From NCBI GenBank assembly GCA_050575255.1, contig JBNZDD010013549.1:677283-741282 (forward strand): a stretch of DNA of 64,000 nucleotides, read 5' to 3'. This document shows, in pieces, positions 51,117 through 64,000 of this stretch. The notes under the pieces were generated by a model. It was not told where the DNA came from and searched no databases. It was given only the letters and a program-made list of their open reading frames with translations. How positions within the stretch are numbered: position 1 is the stretch's first letter; every line of letters begins with the position of its first letter. Source of the stretch: Harriotta raleighana (Eukaryota). Made by a program: the position numbers and the translations under genes.

Positions 51117-53907
51117 AAAAGGGTAGAGGCCAGAGCAGGAGGGGAGGGGTCGTGGTAGTGGGAAGGAGAGTAGGAAAATTGACTGTATATTTGTGGGTGA
51201 AACGCGGCGGCCATATTGCGCACAAGCAGTCGTGGGAGTGAGGGGGCCAGGGGGGAAAGGGGGGGTAAGGGGTTAAGGGAGGGGTCCTTCTTCCTCCCAC
51301 ACCTCCCTCCCACAATAACACTTATTGCCACTCTGTCAGGTGAATCTCCACTGGCGTACAGGAGAGTGCAGGCTTTCAAATACAGCTCCCAAGTCTGCTT
51401 TTGGAACCTCCTTCCACTTGCAGCTTCTTCCACTTGGATTCACCAACACCCAATGAATGTCACCTTGAAAAGCAGCTCCCAGTAAAGTGATCAGAAGGCA
51501 AAACCTGCAGTTAGCACTCTCGTTGGAAGAATGATATTTAGCAGCAGATCACAGGCAATTAGATTGAAAGATAGCCATTCGGGACTCTTACTCGCTCTCC
51601 ACATACTCATGACTTCTGTCTCCCTTGCTCCAATGCACTGGTCTCCCAAATAAAATGGTAAGGTAATAACCTTGGGTATCTAAATAGTTCTCACTTCAAT
51701 GTTCAGTGTCCCAGCCAAGTACGGTAATGGCAGTAAACGCTCTGCGAGAAAGGGTTAATGTAGCAATATCATATTCTTCGATAACCCGTGAGCTTACGAG
51801 CTATTAGATCATCCCAATGATAATAATCATCCTTGCAGTTGACTGAACGCATCATTGTTTGACGTCTCTAAGCACTTCACGGAAAGCAGATGGACAGACG
51901 GAAAGTACAGGCATGGAGGAAACATCGTTACGGGTGGTGAAGAGGCATGGCGGTGAATGGCCGCTGAGAAGGAAAAACATTCCTGACGTGTTGGATCCCA
52001 GATTGGGACTCATCGACGCTTTCAGTAATAAATTGGTGGCTTCGATCCCCGANGGACAGACGGAAAGTACAGGCATGGAGGAAACATCGTTACGGGTGGT
52101 GAATGGCCGCTGAGAAGGAAAAAGATTCCTGACGTGTTGGATCCCAGATTGGGACTCATCAACGCTCTCAATAATAAATTGGTGGCTTCGATCCCCGCCT
52201 GTCTGTGGGACACAGCTGTGCGGAAATGGCTGAAGCATTCTGTCCGAAAGAAATAAAAGTCAATTCACTTTTACAGTGTACTCTGTGAAGCGTTTGAGAC
52301 TGTCTAGAAGACTTGAGAAGGCTCTGTATCAAATGCAAGGATTATTATTAGTTATGCTGCCTTGCAGGACACTGTCAATTCCCACCAGAATGTCAATCGC
52401 ATCGTCAAAAACAACCAATGTGGAATCCAGGAAGGCAGCTCTGGGTATTTCAAGACACATTTTAACAACGTGCCCTTCAATTAGGAATACATTTAGCAAT
52501 GCAGCAATTTTGATCCTAGAGTAACAAGAAAAAAGAAAAGCAAAAGAAAAATGAATGTTTTTATTCCCCTATGTTTCAGTGAGCTGGTTCACAGTGAAGT
52601 GAAAGGATCTAGATAGAAGATACAGGCAGGATAACTGGGATCAGATGATTTCTTTCCCCGCAGTGTATTTTTACGGAGCAGCATTTTGTTACAGATTTAC
52701 CAAGGACACGAGTTTCCGAAATTACAATGCACTGGGAGGCTAACTAGCCAAATAGCAGTCTTGGAGCAGGTCCCCCTTCATTTTGCTGTCGCTGAAATCA
52801 CTATTGCACATTGAAAATCTGTTGTGGACTGGAATTGCCACTTAGACAATTCCAAAACCAGCTGGGAACATTTTGAATGCTTGCTCACAGAAACATGTTG
52901 TTTATTTTCTTCCAACGGATAGTTCCCAAGAGTAGCAGCATGGGATAATTCTGCCCGCACAGTTCACAGAAGCAATCTAACACATGTGACTTGGTCGTTA
53001 AAAAGAAGAGTGTCGATCCCAGTCTCCAAGTTAATAACAATAATAATCCTTGCATTGACATAATACCTTATCACATTGTTGAGACCTCTCAAAGAGCTTC
53101 ATAGAATATATTGCAGAGTGGACTGAATGTGAAAACCTTCCTCTTCGACTGTACTTATGGCTCAGGCTCAGCCTCTATTAAGTGCTTTGAGACATTACCC
53201 CACATTTACTTCGGGGGAGGGAGAGTGGGGGGGGAAGCAAGAGGATTATTTATTTGCAGCTCAATGCAAACACGATTGGCAGATCCGAAAGTGAGCAACG
53301 TGAGAACGAAATGGCAGAAGTCATATTTTAATGAAGAAAGCTCACAATTTTAATACCTGATTCCAAATTGGGGTTTGGGCAGGAGATGTTTTGATTAAAA
53401 GTTAGTTCAACGGGAATGACATCAAGACGTCAGGAATATTACCACAGCCCATTGCTCCAGAGGCCATAACCCCCTAAAGGCAGCTGCGAACCCTACACCA
53501 ACCTGCACTGGCAGCTTTAAAGAATAAAAACAGGGGCAAATGGGCATACAGAGGACTTTACATTGAACAAGTGTCTCCTCGTGGAGGTTCTTGGTGGAGC
53601 TGAACTTCTCTAAGGTGACATACTTGGCCATGGGATGTCAGAATCGAGTCAAACCTCTATGGCAGTATTCGTACTCTGGTTCCTAAACTAGGTGGGTCCA
53701 CCATACTCCAGGTCACTGCTGTTGACAGATCACCCAGCCTGATTCATCAGCAGGAGTTCGAGGAGTATTCACTCTTCCCACACGGATTCTGTTAACCCTT
53801 CCCACATTGCGCTTTCAGTGGCAGGCTATTCAGTTTTAGACAGTTTAAACTCCCAACAGTCATCCATCGCACACCAACTCTGCAAAGCGCAACTTCTATT
53901 TGTGCGT

Positions 53908-54245
53908 TACAACAACAACAACAACAACAAAATTACACTTGCATAGCGCCCTTCAAGTCGGGAGGACGTCCCAAAGCGCTGAACAGTCAGGTCGGGACCC
54001 GAGCAGTGGGGGAGGGTCAGGGGTAGGGGGAGGGGGAAGGAGAGTGGGAGAGGGGGCAGAGTCGGGGGGGGGGAAGCCGAAGGAGCGTTCGAAGAGACCG
54101 ACCTTGAAGGAGAAAGGGAAGGAAGCAAGGCAGAGGGACTGTGGGGGCAGAGAGACTGAAAGCCCGGCCACCGATGGTTGGGCGGTTAGGACGGTGGACG
54201 CGGAGCAGGCCTGAGCCTGCTGAACGGAGGGTGCGGGCGGGTTAA
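53908..54245 (-). mobile_element. L2 LINE 3' end
   Basis: (CAA)n then the complement of the GGGACGTCCTCC tail; decayed ORF2 C-terminal coding remnant upstream on the minus strand. Confidence 0.85.
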
Positions 54246-54946
54246 GATCAAAGCAGCATTCATTTAGATTTTGCCTGCAACTTGTTTTCATATGCCTTCA
54301 GAGGATGCCTGTGGAACCAGCCATGTTTCCATGTCGCAATGCACATTTCCACTGATATGTCAGAATTGGTAATTGTATCTGATTTGGATCGATTGTTCAG
54401 AGGCAACAGCATATTAAACAAAAGATATTCCCTTCCTTTTGATCTTCCTGGATACCACATTGGAGGACTTAAGATGTAATCAGTTACAGCCAAATACATT
54501 TCACAGCTATTCGGGGAGATAGACAAAATGTCTTGCTCCTTGACTCAGAGTTACTGCACATATTAAATATAATATTTAAAAATATGTTACTCGTTTTACT
54601 TTCACCCAAAATGACAGCTGAGAATGAAATGAGATTCGATCAGGATTTAATTAGCTGTCAGTGGGATTTCATCCAACTAATCAGTTACACAGAAAATGAA
54701 TTCGACAAATCCTGGAATGGAATTAGAAATGTACAGTACTTGAAAATAATAATAATAATCCTTGCATTTGATATAGCGCTTTTCACATCTTATCGACGTC
54801 TCAAAGCGCTTCACAGAATATACTGTAATGTGAATTGACTGTATATTTGTGGGCAGAATGCCGCATAAATCCAGAGATCAACATCAGGGATTTGTACATT
54901 TGAATTTGAAATATCAATTTGGGTATCTGGAAAAAATCTGATTTCT

Positions 54947-55447
54947 NNNNNNNNNNNNNNNNNNNNNNNNNNNNNNNNNNNNNNNNNNNNNNNNNNNNNN
55001 NNNNNNNNNNNNNNNNNNNNNNNNNNNNNNNNNNNNNNNNNNNNNNNNNNNNNNNNNNNNNNNNNNNNNNNNNNNNNNNNNNNNNNNNNNNNNNNNNNNN
55101 NNNNNNNNNNNNNNNNNNNNNNNNNNNNNNNNNNNNNNNNNNNNNNNNNNNNNNNNNNNNNNNNNNNNNNNNNNNNNNNNNNNNNNNNNNNNNNNNNNNN
55201 NNNNNNNNNNNNNNNNNNNNNNNNNNNNNNNNNNNNNNNNNNNNNNNNNNNNNNNNNNNNNNNNNNNNNNNNNNNNNNNNNNNNNNNNNNNNNNNNNNNN
55301 NNNNNNNNNNNNNNNNNNNNNNNNNNNNNNNNNNNNNNNNNNNNNNNNNNNNNNNNNNNNNNNNNNNNNNNNNNNNNNNNNNNNNNNNNNNNNNNNNNNN
55401 NNNNNNNNNNNNNNNNNNNNNNNNNNNNNNNNNNNNNNNNNNNNNNN
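54947..55447. other. Assembly gap (N run)
   Basis: 501 N. Confidence 1.
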
Positions 55448-56500
55448 AAAAAAAACTAAAACATCCTTAAAATTGTTCTACGCACCATCAGGAATGCAAC
55501 AGAAAGTGCACAAGATTAAATATTTCATGTCATGTTATGTTTTCACCCTGATTTAAGAAGGTCTGACCCGATTCAAAGAGTGAAGGATATATGAAATGCA
55601 ATTTCAGTTCAAGGTATAAATCTGCTCAGACATGGGCTAATTAAAGTTTTAGCAATAAAAGATTTACATTTTTTGATCAAGCGCAGACGAGAGAAAATCT
55701 GAATTATTAGCAGAGCAATTAAAGAGACTGAAGTGCAGAAATGGTGGCTTCAGCTGAGGTCAATTTGTTTGGATCGGGAAGGATGTTGCACAGACTTCCG
55801 GACTTCCTTTTAACTTAAAAACAATTATAGAAGATACCACTAAAGAAGGGGCTTGTAACTCCCTGTGCATGCAAGAGAGGGAAGTGAACAGATAGATGCA
55901 GAGTATAAACATAGCCAATAGTTGGTAGCGCTTTAATGGGCTGTTTCAGCACTGTACAGTCTATTTAATTCTACGTGATGTGCAATTTTAATTTTAAATC
56001 ATTTTTTTTAAAAAAAAGTATTGCTTTAACCTCCTCCGCAGCTCAACTTGCAATTTTCCCAGCTGGAAGCCCACTAGCTCCCTGCCATGTGAGATTGGGA
56101 GCTCCGTGGGGAAGGGAATCTATTCACTGTGTGGTATTGTGAGCGACTGCTCCAATAGACTATGCTACTCAATAGTTCTTTTTTTTTTACCCCCCCATTC
56201 ACCGCAACAAATACCTTGGTAGAAATTATTCCTGGGTCTAGATCTACTTTAGATTAACGTAGCATTGCAAGAACCCAGAATTCGTCAAATTCTTAAGTAG
56301 TCCTTAAATTTGAAGCTTTTTTTTTGCAAACTTCTTTTAAGAACTAAGGGAAAACTCAACCAACACACGCAGACAAAGCCAGAGGGCAGTAGATACTGAA
56401 ACCAGTGGTCAATCCTTTCAGTTCCTAATCGAGAGGCACTTTTTTTGAAACCAATAGTTGTGCCCTTCTCTTCCTCTCTCTCTTATCACTTAGAATACTG

Positions 56501-56817
56501 TAATAATAATACTAACAATTCTTGAATTCGATATAGCGCTTTATTCATCTTCTAGATGTCTCAAAGCGCTTCCCAGAATATACTGTAAAGTGAATTGACT
56601 ATATATTTGGGATCGAAATGCGGCAGCCAATTGCCCACAAACAGTCGTGGGTTGAAATGACCAATTTTATTATTGTGTTTTTTTTTTTTGGGAGGGATTA
56701 TTATTGGGTATGTGGAGTAAGGAAACTTGCCCAAGGTTTCGCCCTGACCTAGCTGGATTCGAACCCAGGCCTCACGCTTGCAAGACGAATGCTCTAACCT
56801 CTGAGCTATCGGACTCC
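56501..56817 (-). mobile_element. Near full-length tRNA-derived SINE, same family
   Basis: Colinear with the 63133-63456 copy, including B box GGTTCGAATCC and the (ATT)n tail. Confidence 0.88.
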
Positions 56818-57423
56818 ACTGGCATTTACTGGCATGTCACAGGCGAATCACATTCTGGTACCTTCTCAAAAGGAACACTAACGTCTGAGAATAGTTCCAC
56901 AAGCATGAACTGTATACTATTTGCATTTTCAGCCTGACAGTAAATATTTCCTGTACTGGTAGTCATTCACTAACTAGTAACCAATACCACTGATCCAAGT
57001 TCCTTGCTATTGCTCAACCTAGCGAGTTATGTAAAAGCTGTATCACATGTTGAAACATGAACCTATGATTCCTCTTGGGTTTCATTTCTTATTTTTGGCA
57101 CTCGATCTTAGAAATACGAGCCTGGCTATGGGTGTTGTAATTGGCACACCCTTTCCATTTCCACCACTCCTGTTTACACGCTTTTCACTTACTCCAAATC
57201 GAACCCTGGGTTTGAAAGCTGAAGTTGGGAGGGACACTTAAGTGTCAGTGGCCAGCCCAGGTGAACCCTACTCTGAACCAGCATCCATACTCACCTCGCC
57301 TTCCTTGAGTCAGTTTCACCAGCTTGGGACGTCCTCCTGACGTGAAACGCACTCTATAAGTATAATTTTGTTGTTGTTGTTGTTGTTGTTGCCAGGTGAA
57401 GCAGTGTGTGGCATAGGAGTGAC

Positions 57424-57720
57424 AATAATAATAATAATAATGCTAATAACAATAATAATAATCCTTGCATTTGACCTAGTGTCTCATCACATCATTGAGA
57501 CATCTCAAAGTGCTTCACTGGACACACCGTAAAGTGGTTTGACTGTATTTTTGGTCGAAACATGGCAGCCAGTTGGGCCCAATGATGTCCTATGATCAGC
57601 CATGGTGTGATTGAGCAATTTTATTTGTGGGATTATTGTCCTGGACAATGGAAGAAACCCTTTTCTGGTTTCAAATACTGCCATAGGATCTTTAAGATCC
57701 ACCTGAACAGGCAGACCTAT
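57424..57720 (-). mobile_element. Older DeuSINE-like copy with a longer Deu domain
   Basis: Minus strand GTCTGCCTGTTCAGGTGGATCTTAAAGATCCTATGGCAGTATTTG resembles the Deu domain (SacSINE1/AmnSINE1-type), followed by the same (ATT)n tail. Confidence 0.65.
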
Positions 57721-60700
57721 CGTAGGAAGGGAACGATTACGTAAGATCACAGAAGCACATCTCCTTGTCAGCTTGTCCTACAGAACCCATATTGGCTGTG
57801 ACCATCCAGCAATCTGGCAACAATCTGGTGCTTTAATACCCTTTCCATGGCTCAGTATGATTCTTGTCTTGTCTTGTGGAAGTTTCCAGTCTTAGCTGTC
57901 ATCAGGAGGTGGCTTTAAACAGTGAGCATCGCTTTCCAGCAAGATCCCATCTGTAGCCAGGTGATTTATCACTCAAACTTGCATTATAACCACACGTACG
58001 TGCCCCAATACGCTTTGAAACCCTACACCTGCTACCAACATCGCTCATATCACAATGCAGATCAATGGCACCTGTGAACGTTAATTATCCTATCGTCTTT
58101 ACCATTAAAACACATTATACTTCAAATTTAATTAATATGCAACTGCAAATTAGTTTGTACCTGAAGTAATAATTTACAAATAGAGTCGTTGGAATGATTG
58201 CGGAAAGTTAAAAGAATCAATCTGTGTTCTAAATACATTTTTGCAAATGCTGCAATCCATCCTGAACAGCCATTAAGTGTGATGTGTATTATTGGAATAC
58301 AATCTATCGGAAACAATTTGAATCAATCGGTTCGAGATTGAATTGTTCATCAACTTGTTGTTTTCATGGCAAAACACTCCTTGGAGCTATATACAGTGTT
58401 ATGGCATTTAATTATATTCGCATGCAAGGCATTTTCAATCTCATTCCGCTTCAAAAGATTCGAAAATACATATATAATAACATTGCTTACAAGGAGTACA
58501 ATATGCTAATCCTATTATAAAGCGATTTTCACAACAAAGGAAAAAGTCTGTCGTCGTCCCCCCACCCCCTCTCTCCCCACACACACAAACCTCTCTTTTC
58601 AGCGATAGTGAAGTTTACATGGTTTACAGGAACAAGCCCCAATATTCCCAACTTTGAAGTGAGAATAGTCTAGGTGAAAAGAGAAGTGTGATTCACCAAC
58701 CATCAGTCAGATCAAATTTGTCCTTCATTTCATGGTTGTTCGAAGGACATTGCTGTGCTCAAATTAACGGCCGTGTTTGACCACAAAAAGACAGTAATTA
58801 CCACTTCACAGACACTATATCAAAAGCAAGGATTATTATAAAATGGGGGGGGGGATGCTAATGTTTTTATTTTATTGCTTTATCTTCCAGGAAATAGCAA
58901 ATCTATTTACATAGCGATGGAGCTGGTGTTATAGACAGGTGACGGTTTTGTGTCATGTGATTAACATTCAAATGTCCTTGTACCTTGGAGTCAGTCGCTT
59001 GGTGGGCAGAAATTCAAATCACATTCAGTGATTCCTTGTCTCTATCAAACTGGTTATTCAAGAAACCTACGCTTGGATCTAGGGTTTGCTAAAATAGGAT
59101 AGAAATGAATCAGCACTGCATTTTTTTTTGTTCCCATTAGTCAATCAATCAACACAGATAAAAAGAGCACAAACACACAACGACGATCAGATTTCAGAGG
59201 CATATTTAAATTCAGCTGTGCATTGACCTAAGGCAATAGCAGCAGCAAATATCCGCAATAAGGAAAGATGAATCAGGAATTTGCTTGATTGGTTGCTGGA
59301 AGTGACTGAAAAATGGTGACTGGAGTAAAATGATTACTGCAAGCCCACTAACTTTCATTAATGCTAACACAAGGCTGGTTGTGAAGCCAATGATAAAGTT
59401 GGCTTAGGACAAAGAACCAGGTGAGAACAGTGTGTGGCAGAGCATCGCAGACAGGAGAGGCAGCTTGCAAAGCCTTTGATGCCAGAATGCCTTTTTTTTG
59501 TTAAAAAAAACATAGAAATTTGACGACCCAGAAGAGGCCACAGTCTGAGTGTTGGATCTTTGAAAGAACAACCTCGTTTTCAGTCTCAATTACCTGCCTT
59601 CACTCCCCATCCCTACAAAGGATTCAGTTTCTGTGTGGTCATTTTAGATTGTAGAGCAACTGAGTTTACAACCAGTAAAGGTTTGATTGTTGGAGGATAA
59701 TTGCATATACTCATGCCATAAAAGAATTCAGGAGTCTAGTCAGATACACACACCAAGGCAGCAGAACATGGTAGGACAATCTTAGAACAAACGCCAGAAG
59801 GCATTTCTTTACATAAAAAGCCATCAATAGCCAGTTTACTAAGAAATTGAGATTTGCTTATGAAATATTTAATAGGAATATGGTGGGACTGGTATTGTAA
59901 ACAATGGATTTAAATGATCTGGAGGGCGTTCTTCATCCAATCCTCTCCTCTTACTAGAATTCCACGATTGGATCAGGCGGTCGACTGTATAATGCCACGC
60001 AGGCAAATGGATCAAATATTAAATGACATCAGTACATTGTAGGAAATTTTCTTTGGTTATTGTTAAAGATACAGTAATTAGTAATGCCTGGTTGAAGAGA
60101 TCATTTCATCCAAAAGGAGAACCAAAACTCCTTAAACAAAATACACAAACCATCGAGCTGTGTCTGGGGAGAGATATGCCTTCGATCAATAGCTACAATA
60201 GTCTCAGGAGACGTTAATAAGTAATAGTATCAAATTTCTTGTTAGTGGATTGTGTTACTGTATGCAGATAAAACGATATTGTCTTCAAGTCAGAAGCTTT
60301 CTCACATTCATATCAGTGAGAGAAGTTGCATTCAGAAAGACCTTTACTGTTGAATATAATAATAATAATCATCTTTGCATTTGAAATAGCCTGATCATGT
60401 CTTCGAAGTGTCTCAAAAGTGCTTCACAGAATATACTGTAAAGTGAATTTCCAGCTTTAAATTTCCAGCACCTTGAGACGTCCTCAGCCCTTGATGTTGT
60501 GTCCTAATGCTGCATTTAATATTTCTCTCAACTGTTAGCTATCTGCCAGCCATCCAGCAACACTGAGGGAACAATCCTAAAACCATCAATAAATTATTAT
60601 GATAAACTATCATTAATTTAACTGCTAGTATTATACGGCAAACAAACAGATTCCATTCCGTCCTATTCAGGGCCTNATCATTAATTTAACTGCTAGTATT

Positions 60701-62489
60701 ATACGGCAAACAAACAGATTCCATTCTGTCCTATTCAGGGCCTGGTTTTATTCTTTAACAGTCATCTGAAATTCTCTTTCCAAATCATGCTGCTGTATCT
60801 CCCTCCTCGCAAAAACCTCCTAAACTCTTCAATCATCTCTGAATTCCTTCCACTTCCTGCTTAGCATCCATTGTAAAGTGCTATGAGGTATCTTTTTCTG
60901 TGAAAGCCCGTACATAATAATAAGCTATTGATGCAATATCCAGGGGACATCATAAGTATTGTGGAGGTACATTGGGAAATGGGGAGCGGACGATGGACAT
61001 TCAATCTATTCAACCTGTTTCACCAGTTTTAGATCTTTGCAGATCTTTTAATCCCAGTTCTCACCCCTTCACTGTATCACTTAATAGCTGCTCTGAGTCA
61101 ACAGCAATAATTCATGTTCATATAGCACTCGTCATATTGGGAGGACATCTCAAAGTGTTTCACAAACTGACTGGGATACGCAAGTGTGTCTGTCGATCTC
61201 TCTTTTTAGTATCCCTTTTAGTTCCAGCTCTTTTCTGAAAGAGATTGTTTCACATATTCACCACTTTCCTGGTTTTAACAACAACAACAACAACAAAATT
61301 ACAATTTGACGTCGGGAGGACGTCCGAAGGCATTCAAGACTTCAGGGGACACTACAACAAACCAATATACCAGAGCAGAGTTCAATCCCGTAGCTGGGAG
61401 TTGAGCATCCTGTGAACGGGTAACATTCATGTATTAATGCTGCAGTCTACAATGCGTGTATCAGTATGCGACTGGACTAGAAATCGTGACTATTTTAGTA
61501 CTGTATTGTGTGTTCCTACAGGTCCTGATGACAGTCGTTAAATGATCGACTNCCAGAGCAGAGTTCAATCCCGTAGCTGGGAGTTGAGCATCCTGTGAAC
61601 GGGTAACATTCATGTATTAATGCTGCAGTCTACAATGCATGTATCAGTATGCAACTGGACTAGAAATCGTGACTATTTTAGTACTGTATTGTGTGTTCCT
61701 ACAGGTCCTGATGACAGTCGTTAAATGATCGACTGTGGCATTTTGGATTTAATATCTCAGCCTATATCAATAGCACTAATGTACTTTCAGCCTAATATTA
61801 CTGCTACCGGTGGTCAAATTTCAACATGTTTAGACTTGTTAAAGCAAAGTGGGATCATTTAGAGATACTGATCGTGACTGGTATGACTGTACATTGTTTT
61901 TTTTTTAAAATTATGTTTTCAAACTCAGTTTTTGAATTTTTGACTTGCCAGAAATGTTGGCAGCTCAGAGCAGAATGTTAACTGATTGAGGGATTTCAAC
62001 CCTCACTGCCTTTTATAGAAAACCTCTTTGTGTCTTGAAAGCGTTTTGAACACTATTAACCTTCAGAGTGAAAATGCACATTTTGGAGCTTTTGCCAATA
62101 AAATAACAGCCAGTTTGCCCACACAGTCTGCAGAACATTCTTGTTGTTTTTCTTCCCGTTACTATTCCATTGAATAAAACTTGTTATGAAGTATCTCTTT
62201 TTCTTCCCCCCCCCAAAGTGTGGCAGAGTCTAGATCCGGTCTTAAATTCTTGACATCTGATCACATGTCCCAAATCTGTGTTTATATCACATTAAAACAA
62301 AGTCAGTTGTTTAGTTTGCTTTCAGTCCCATTTTATTGGAGAACTGCATTATTGTTCCTTTCAAATCCACTGTTTTTCATTTTTCATTCGGGATGACTAA
62401 TTGGCCGAATTTCAACTCCAGTAACTAAACCCTTCAAGTGTCTCAAGGCATGTTCTGCTCAGAAGCAAACTGCCCAAAGTGCCGGGATA

Positions 62490-62778
62490 GGAGTCCTGAG
62501 GCTCATTGGTTAGAGCGCTCGCCTGGCAAGTGAAAGACCTGGGTTCGATTCCCGGCAGGCCAAAGCCTTGAACAACTTTTCCTACTCCACACGCCTGATG
62601 ATGATGCCTCTCGAGGAAAAAAAATTGGTCACTTCAAACCAGAACTGTTTGTGCTGTGCGCAATTGACTGCCGCATTTTAGCCACCGTCAATTCACTTTA
62701 CAGTGTATTCTGTGAAGCGCTTCGAGACGTCTAGAAAACGTGAAAAAGTGCTATACCGAATCCATGGATTATTATTAT
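62490..62778 (+). mobile_element. Full-length tRNA-derived SINE, same family
   Basis: A box GGCTCATTGGTTAGAGC, B box GGTTCGATTCCC, core GCGCAATTGACTGCCGCATT, tail GGATTATTATTAT. Confidence 0.88.
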
Positions 62779-62923
62779 AGCTCTTTTCAAGATGTTGACA
62801 CTTTGAACATGTTTTTTCTCCAGATGGCCGCAGCATCCAAACTGATCCAATATTGCCAACACTTTGCCAAATCCAGTGAAAGTGTTCTAGATTTGATCCA
62901 ATTCAAACAAACAGAGGTCTCGG

Positions 62924-63474
62924 CAGAGCCAATCGGAGGGGCGGCCGGGAGAGCCATTTGGCCTGGGCCTCAAGCTCAAAGGGGGCCTCAAATTTAGACG
63001 CTTGTTAATTTTTTGGGGGCATTCGTTAAGTTTCGCGACTTGTTGTTTTCATGTGCCGCCATTTTGAACCAAAATGTGACACACACACTCGGGGGCCCCA
63101 AAAGTTGGAAGTGGCCCGGGCCTCTCTGAACTTAATAATCCTTGCATTTGATATAGCGCTTTTCACATCTTATCAACGTCCCAAAGCGCTTCACAGAGTA
63201 TACTGTAAAGTGAATTGACTGTATATTTGTGGGCGGAACGCGGCAGCCAATTGCGCACAGCAGCGTCCCACAAACAGTCATGGATTGAAATGACCAATTT
63301 TATTATTGTAGTTTTTTTTGGAGGGATTATTATTAGGCATCTGGAGTAAGGAAACTTGCCCAAGGTTTCGCCCTGATCTGCCTGGATTCGAACACAGGCC
63401 TCATGCTTGTAAGGCATGTAAGGCGAGTGCTCTAACCACTGAGCCACAGGAGCTCCAAATTCTGAGGGGGCCTG
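62924..63474. mobile_element. hAT-like (MER45/Tip100-style) MITE interrupted by a SINE
   Basis: Starts CAGAGCC, ends GGGCCTG; flanking 8-mers GGTCTCGG (62916-62923) and GGTCTAGG (63475-63482) match at 7/8, as expected for a hAT TSD; internal GGGGGCC/GGGCCT motifs. Confidence 0.65.
63133..63456 (-). mobile_element. Full-length tRNA-derived SINE (Deu-like core, L2-type 3' stem-loop, (ATT)n tail)
   Basis: Minus strand 5' GGAGCTCCTGTGGCTCAGTGGTTAGAGC (A box), GTTCGAATCC (B box), core AATTGGCTGCCGCGTT, tail GAAAAGCGCTATATCAAATGCAAGGATTATTA. Confidence 0.9.
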
Positions 63475-64000
63475 GGTCTAGGAGAACAGTGGCAACAAAA
63501 TCAATTTTCTTACTCCATATATTTCATCATTTATGGAATTCAAGAGATATCCAATCAAGGGAAAAGTAGATACACACTGCAGATTGCACACGGACTTGTA
63601 ACTAGACTTGTTCGGAGGGGTAGGTGTGGAGGGCGCCCAGCATTGATGATGGTGGAAAGACATGTCACTGAAACCTGCCAGACTCCGCCACACCCCACCC
63701 TGCCCGCCCAACCCCAATGACTTTTCAGATTCATTTTGCTGTGGAGCAAAAACAATCTGTTGCAAGATGCACACTATAGCACGATACCACTGCGCTATCC
63801 GTAATAACGTATAACACAATAGATACAACAAGGGAACGATGAGGATTAACAAACAACATTTTACATTGTTTGGACCATTTAAGGGACTCTTTTTTTTTTC
63901 TCTGATGCTCCTGATGTAATTCTTATTCAACACCACAATAATGGATTCCAAAAGTCATAGGTTTGTGCTCTCCAAATCCATTCGCTGACTTTCCACTTTA

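Noticed and set aside
50030-51433. Long ORFs (307-467 aa) in the track, and the 54919-55470 ORF
   Set aside because: They are long only because they read through N gaps.
63370-63456. tRNA-like sequences with A and B boxes (also at 62490, 56750, 5970)
   Set aside because: Each continues into SINE body and tail and lacks a proper acceptor stem, so they are SINE heads rather than tRNA genes.
55448-64000. Search for a second gene upstream of FRMD6
   Set aside because: No ORF or exon chain with recognisable homology; only repeats and AT-rich DNA. Small or non-coding exons cannot be excluded.

Overview
Vertebrate (eukaryotic) genomic DNA, not prokaryotic. The repeat content (tRNA-head/Deu-core SINEs with (ATT)n tails, L2 LINE 3' ends with (TTG)n tails, shark-type CR1 tails) suggests a cartilaginous fish, probably the elephant shark Callorhinchus milii; this is an inference. 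The window holds one complete protein-coding gene on the minus strand, FRMD6 (Willin, a FERM-domain Hippo-pathway regulator). I reconstructed 13 coding exons by hand (28424 down to 4853, 1848 nt, 615 aa), all with GT-AG boundaries and consistent phases. A long 3' UTR probably ends near 510-534, and a probable non-coding first exon/promoter lies next to the assembly gap at ~50.0-51.1 kb. The rest is intron or intergenic DNA with SINEs, L2/CR1 fragments, two Tigger-like MITEs, a hAT-like MITE carrying a nested SINE, microsatellites, two N gaps and many single-N duplicated junctions that look like assembly artefacts. I found no novel multi-gene system. The best leads concern splicing: one FRMD6 intron has a perfect U12-type 5' splice site (GTATCCTTT) paired with an atypical AAG acceptor, and coding exon 3 has an in-frame tandem donor.
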